A DNA stretch of 62,995 nucleotides, the filler included, from Hydrolagus affinis (Eukaryota), in assembly GCA_012026655.1 (NCBI GenBank). It is 4 parts of 4 records of this genome, joined end to end, with 100 filler letters (N's around TTAATTAATTAA, not from the genome) between each part and the next. Parts side by side here need not be neighbours in the genome. Positions count along the whole stretch, not along the records: positions 52,327 to 62,995 come from JAAILG010024602.1; 3 more parts are not named here. The stretch is one strand, 5' to 3'. Positions 61,601-62,995 of this stretch are shown here, one piece after another (the stretch's first letter is position 1; each line of letters opens with the position of its first letter). The notes under the pieces are model-generated. The model was not told the DNA's origin and searched no databases. It worked only from the letters and a program-made list of their open reading frames with translations. The translations under genes and the position numbers were made by a program.

Positions 61601-61865
61601 CAATCATTGCACACCAGTAGGTGGCAGTGTCTGTCATTTCTGTACGTATGATGCTCAGATTACTGCTGTTTTCTCCGTAGTTCGTTGTAGCTGAGATCCT
61701 CCCACTGTGCTGATCTCCTCTCGTTCCTGTTACCAATTGTTGGAATGCCTTGATCGTATACTTGCTGTACCATTGTGAGGTCATTGTGGAACCATTTATA
61801 GAACTGCCTCCAAAATACAAACGTTCACGCGTCTCAGAGACGAGATAAGCTGCTGTATCAAAATG
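61601..61865 (-). pseudogene. divergent V pseudogene with YWC motif and 23-RSS
   Basis: ...SQWYSKY...NSSNLSIIRTEMTDTATYWCAMI; CACAGTG (61594-61600), 23 bp, weak nonamer GCACAAGCC; first Cys lies in another frame. Confidence 0.7.
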
Positions 61866-61964
61866 TGCATGTTATTATTTATATAGGTGACCAAAACATG
61901 ACAGGAGAAGGTGTGCAGCGGCGTCTCCTAAGTGTAAGCGAATGGTTGGACAATGGCCTAATAT

Positions 61965-62292
61965 AATATTAATAATATTAATAATCCTTGCAATTGATAT
62001 GCGCTTTTCACGTCGTATCGATTCTCAAAGTGCTTCATAGCATATACCGTAAAATGAGTTGACTGTATATGCATGGCTAAACTCGGCAGCCAACTGCGCA
62101 TAGCAGGGTCCCCACGAACAGTCGTGGATTGAAACTAACCGATTTTTATTAATATGTTTTTTTTTAATGATTATTATTAGGAGTGTAGAGTGAGCAAATT
62201 TGCCCAAGGTTTCGCCCTGATCATCCTGGATTTCATCACAGCTCTCACGCCCGTAAGGCTAGTGCTCTATCCACTGAGCCACAGGGACTCCA
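61965..62292 (-). mobile_element. tRNA-headed Deu-core SINE
   Basis: Reverse-complement full copy. Confidence 0.65.
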
Positions 62293-62639
62293 CAGGTGTT
62301 GGGTTCGCATTCACTGCGGCAGGTGGCAATTTGGCGAAACAACCCACTGAGAAGGTTCAAAGCCACAAGGGAAGAGCGACCTGACGTCAGCAGTTTCTCA
62401 GATGTCTGTGCCCCAGTTATTTGCAGGTTATATTCATGTGCGTTTCCGCTCTAGGCTTCAGGGTTGAAGCAGCTTCGGAACAAAGTGCTCGCTGTCTAGA
62501 ATAATACAAGATATTGTACTGTATATTTCGCTGAGTGACGTACTATGTTGTAAAATTTATTGTGTTGTTACTTTGATGACTGATTGATGGCATGCTTTCG
62601 AGTTGTTCAAACAAAATGTGAGATACTGTACTATAATGA

Positions 62640-62995
62640 TCCTTCTGTGTGATATAGCTGTAGGATTATGCTTCACCTCATTTACTCTTGCGATGAGGCC
62701 AAGATCGACGCATGCTCGTTTACTGAGTAGCGAACATCTCTGGTTTTGAATTACGTAGAGCCGCTCAGTTATCTCCCTCTGGAGGTACTGCAGTTTAGCA
62801 ATCAGCATTCCCTTCACTGGTAGTGGGATGCCACCTGGACCACGGAGGGACTGATTGGTCTCTTTGAGTTGTACATCAGCTAGCCAGGGTTCTGTGTCAC
62901 TAATGATGGAAACGGTTGCCCCGGTGTCTAGTTTGAAGCAGGTGCGGTGTCCATCAACTGAGATGCAAGCACTCCAAAAGTCGTTATTACCTACG
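62640..62995 (-). mobile_element. Ty3/Gypsy LTR retrotransposon aspartic protease fragment
   Basis: Open frame from the window end: ...ISVDGHRTCFKLDTGATVSIIS...GPGGIPLPVKG... with the DTGA catalytic motif. Confidence 0.8.

Noticed and set aside
1-62995. CRISPR-like or prokaryotic operon interpretation
   Set aside because: Repeats are dispersed SINE/LINE copies and RSS; genes have spliceosomal introns.

Overview
This is vertebrate DNA from a cartilaginous-fish T-cell receptor alpha/delta-type locus. The NAR-TCR segments and Deu-core SINE/L2 repeats suggest a chondrichthyan, possibly the holocephalan Callorhinchus milii (inference). There are five assembly gaps. (1) 1-7.8 kb, + strand: a NAR-TCR block with a VNAR-like V (22-bp RSS), a D (12/12), a J (23-bp RSS), a second already-joined NAR-type V-CDR3-J exon, and a supporting TCR V with a CDR1 Cys and no leader found. 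(2) 10-36 kb and 57-62 kb, - strand: an array of 23-RSS TCR V segments and pseudogenes built by mosaic duplication. (3) 36.8-51.4 kb, - strand: two tandem non-rearranging leader-VJ-C1-TM genes. One has a TM arginine and a short tail; the other has a neutral TM and a longer tyrosine-bearing tail, so they look like a paired receptor inside the TCR locus. (4) 52.4-55.4 kb, - strand: an inverted paralog of the NAR V-D-J cassette with no supporting V visible downstream. The rest is SINE, L2/CR1 and microsatellite sequence, plus a Gypsy protease fragment at the right end. Exon boundaries and RSS spacers were read by eye; no database searches were run. Placement of the VJ-C1 contig depends on two unsized gaps.
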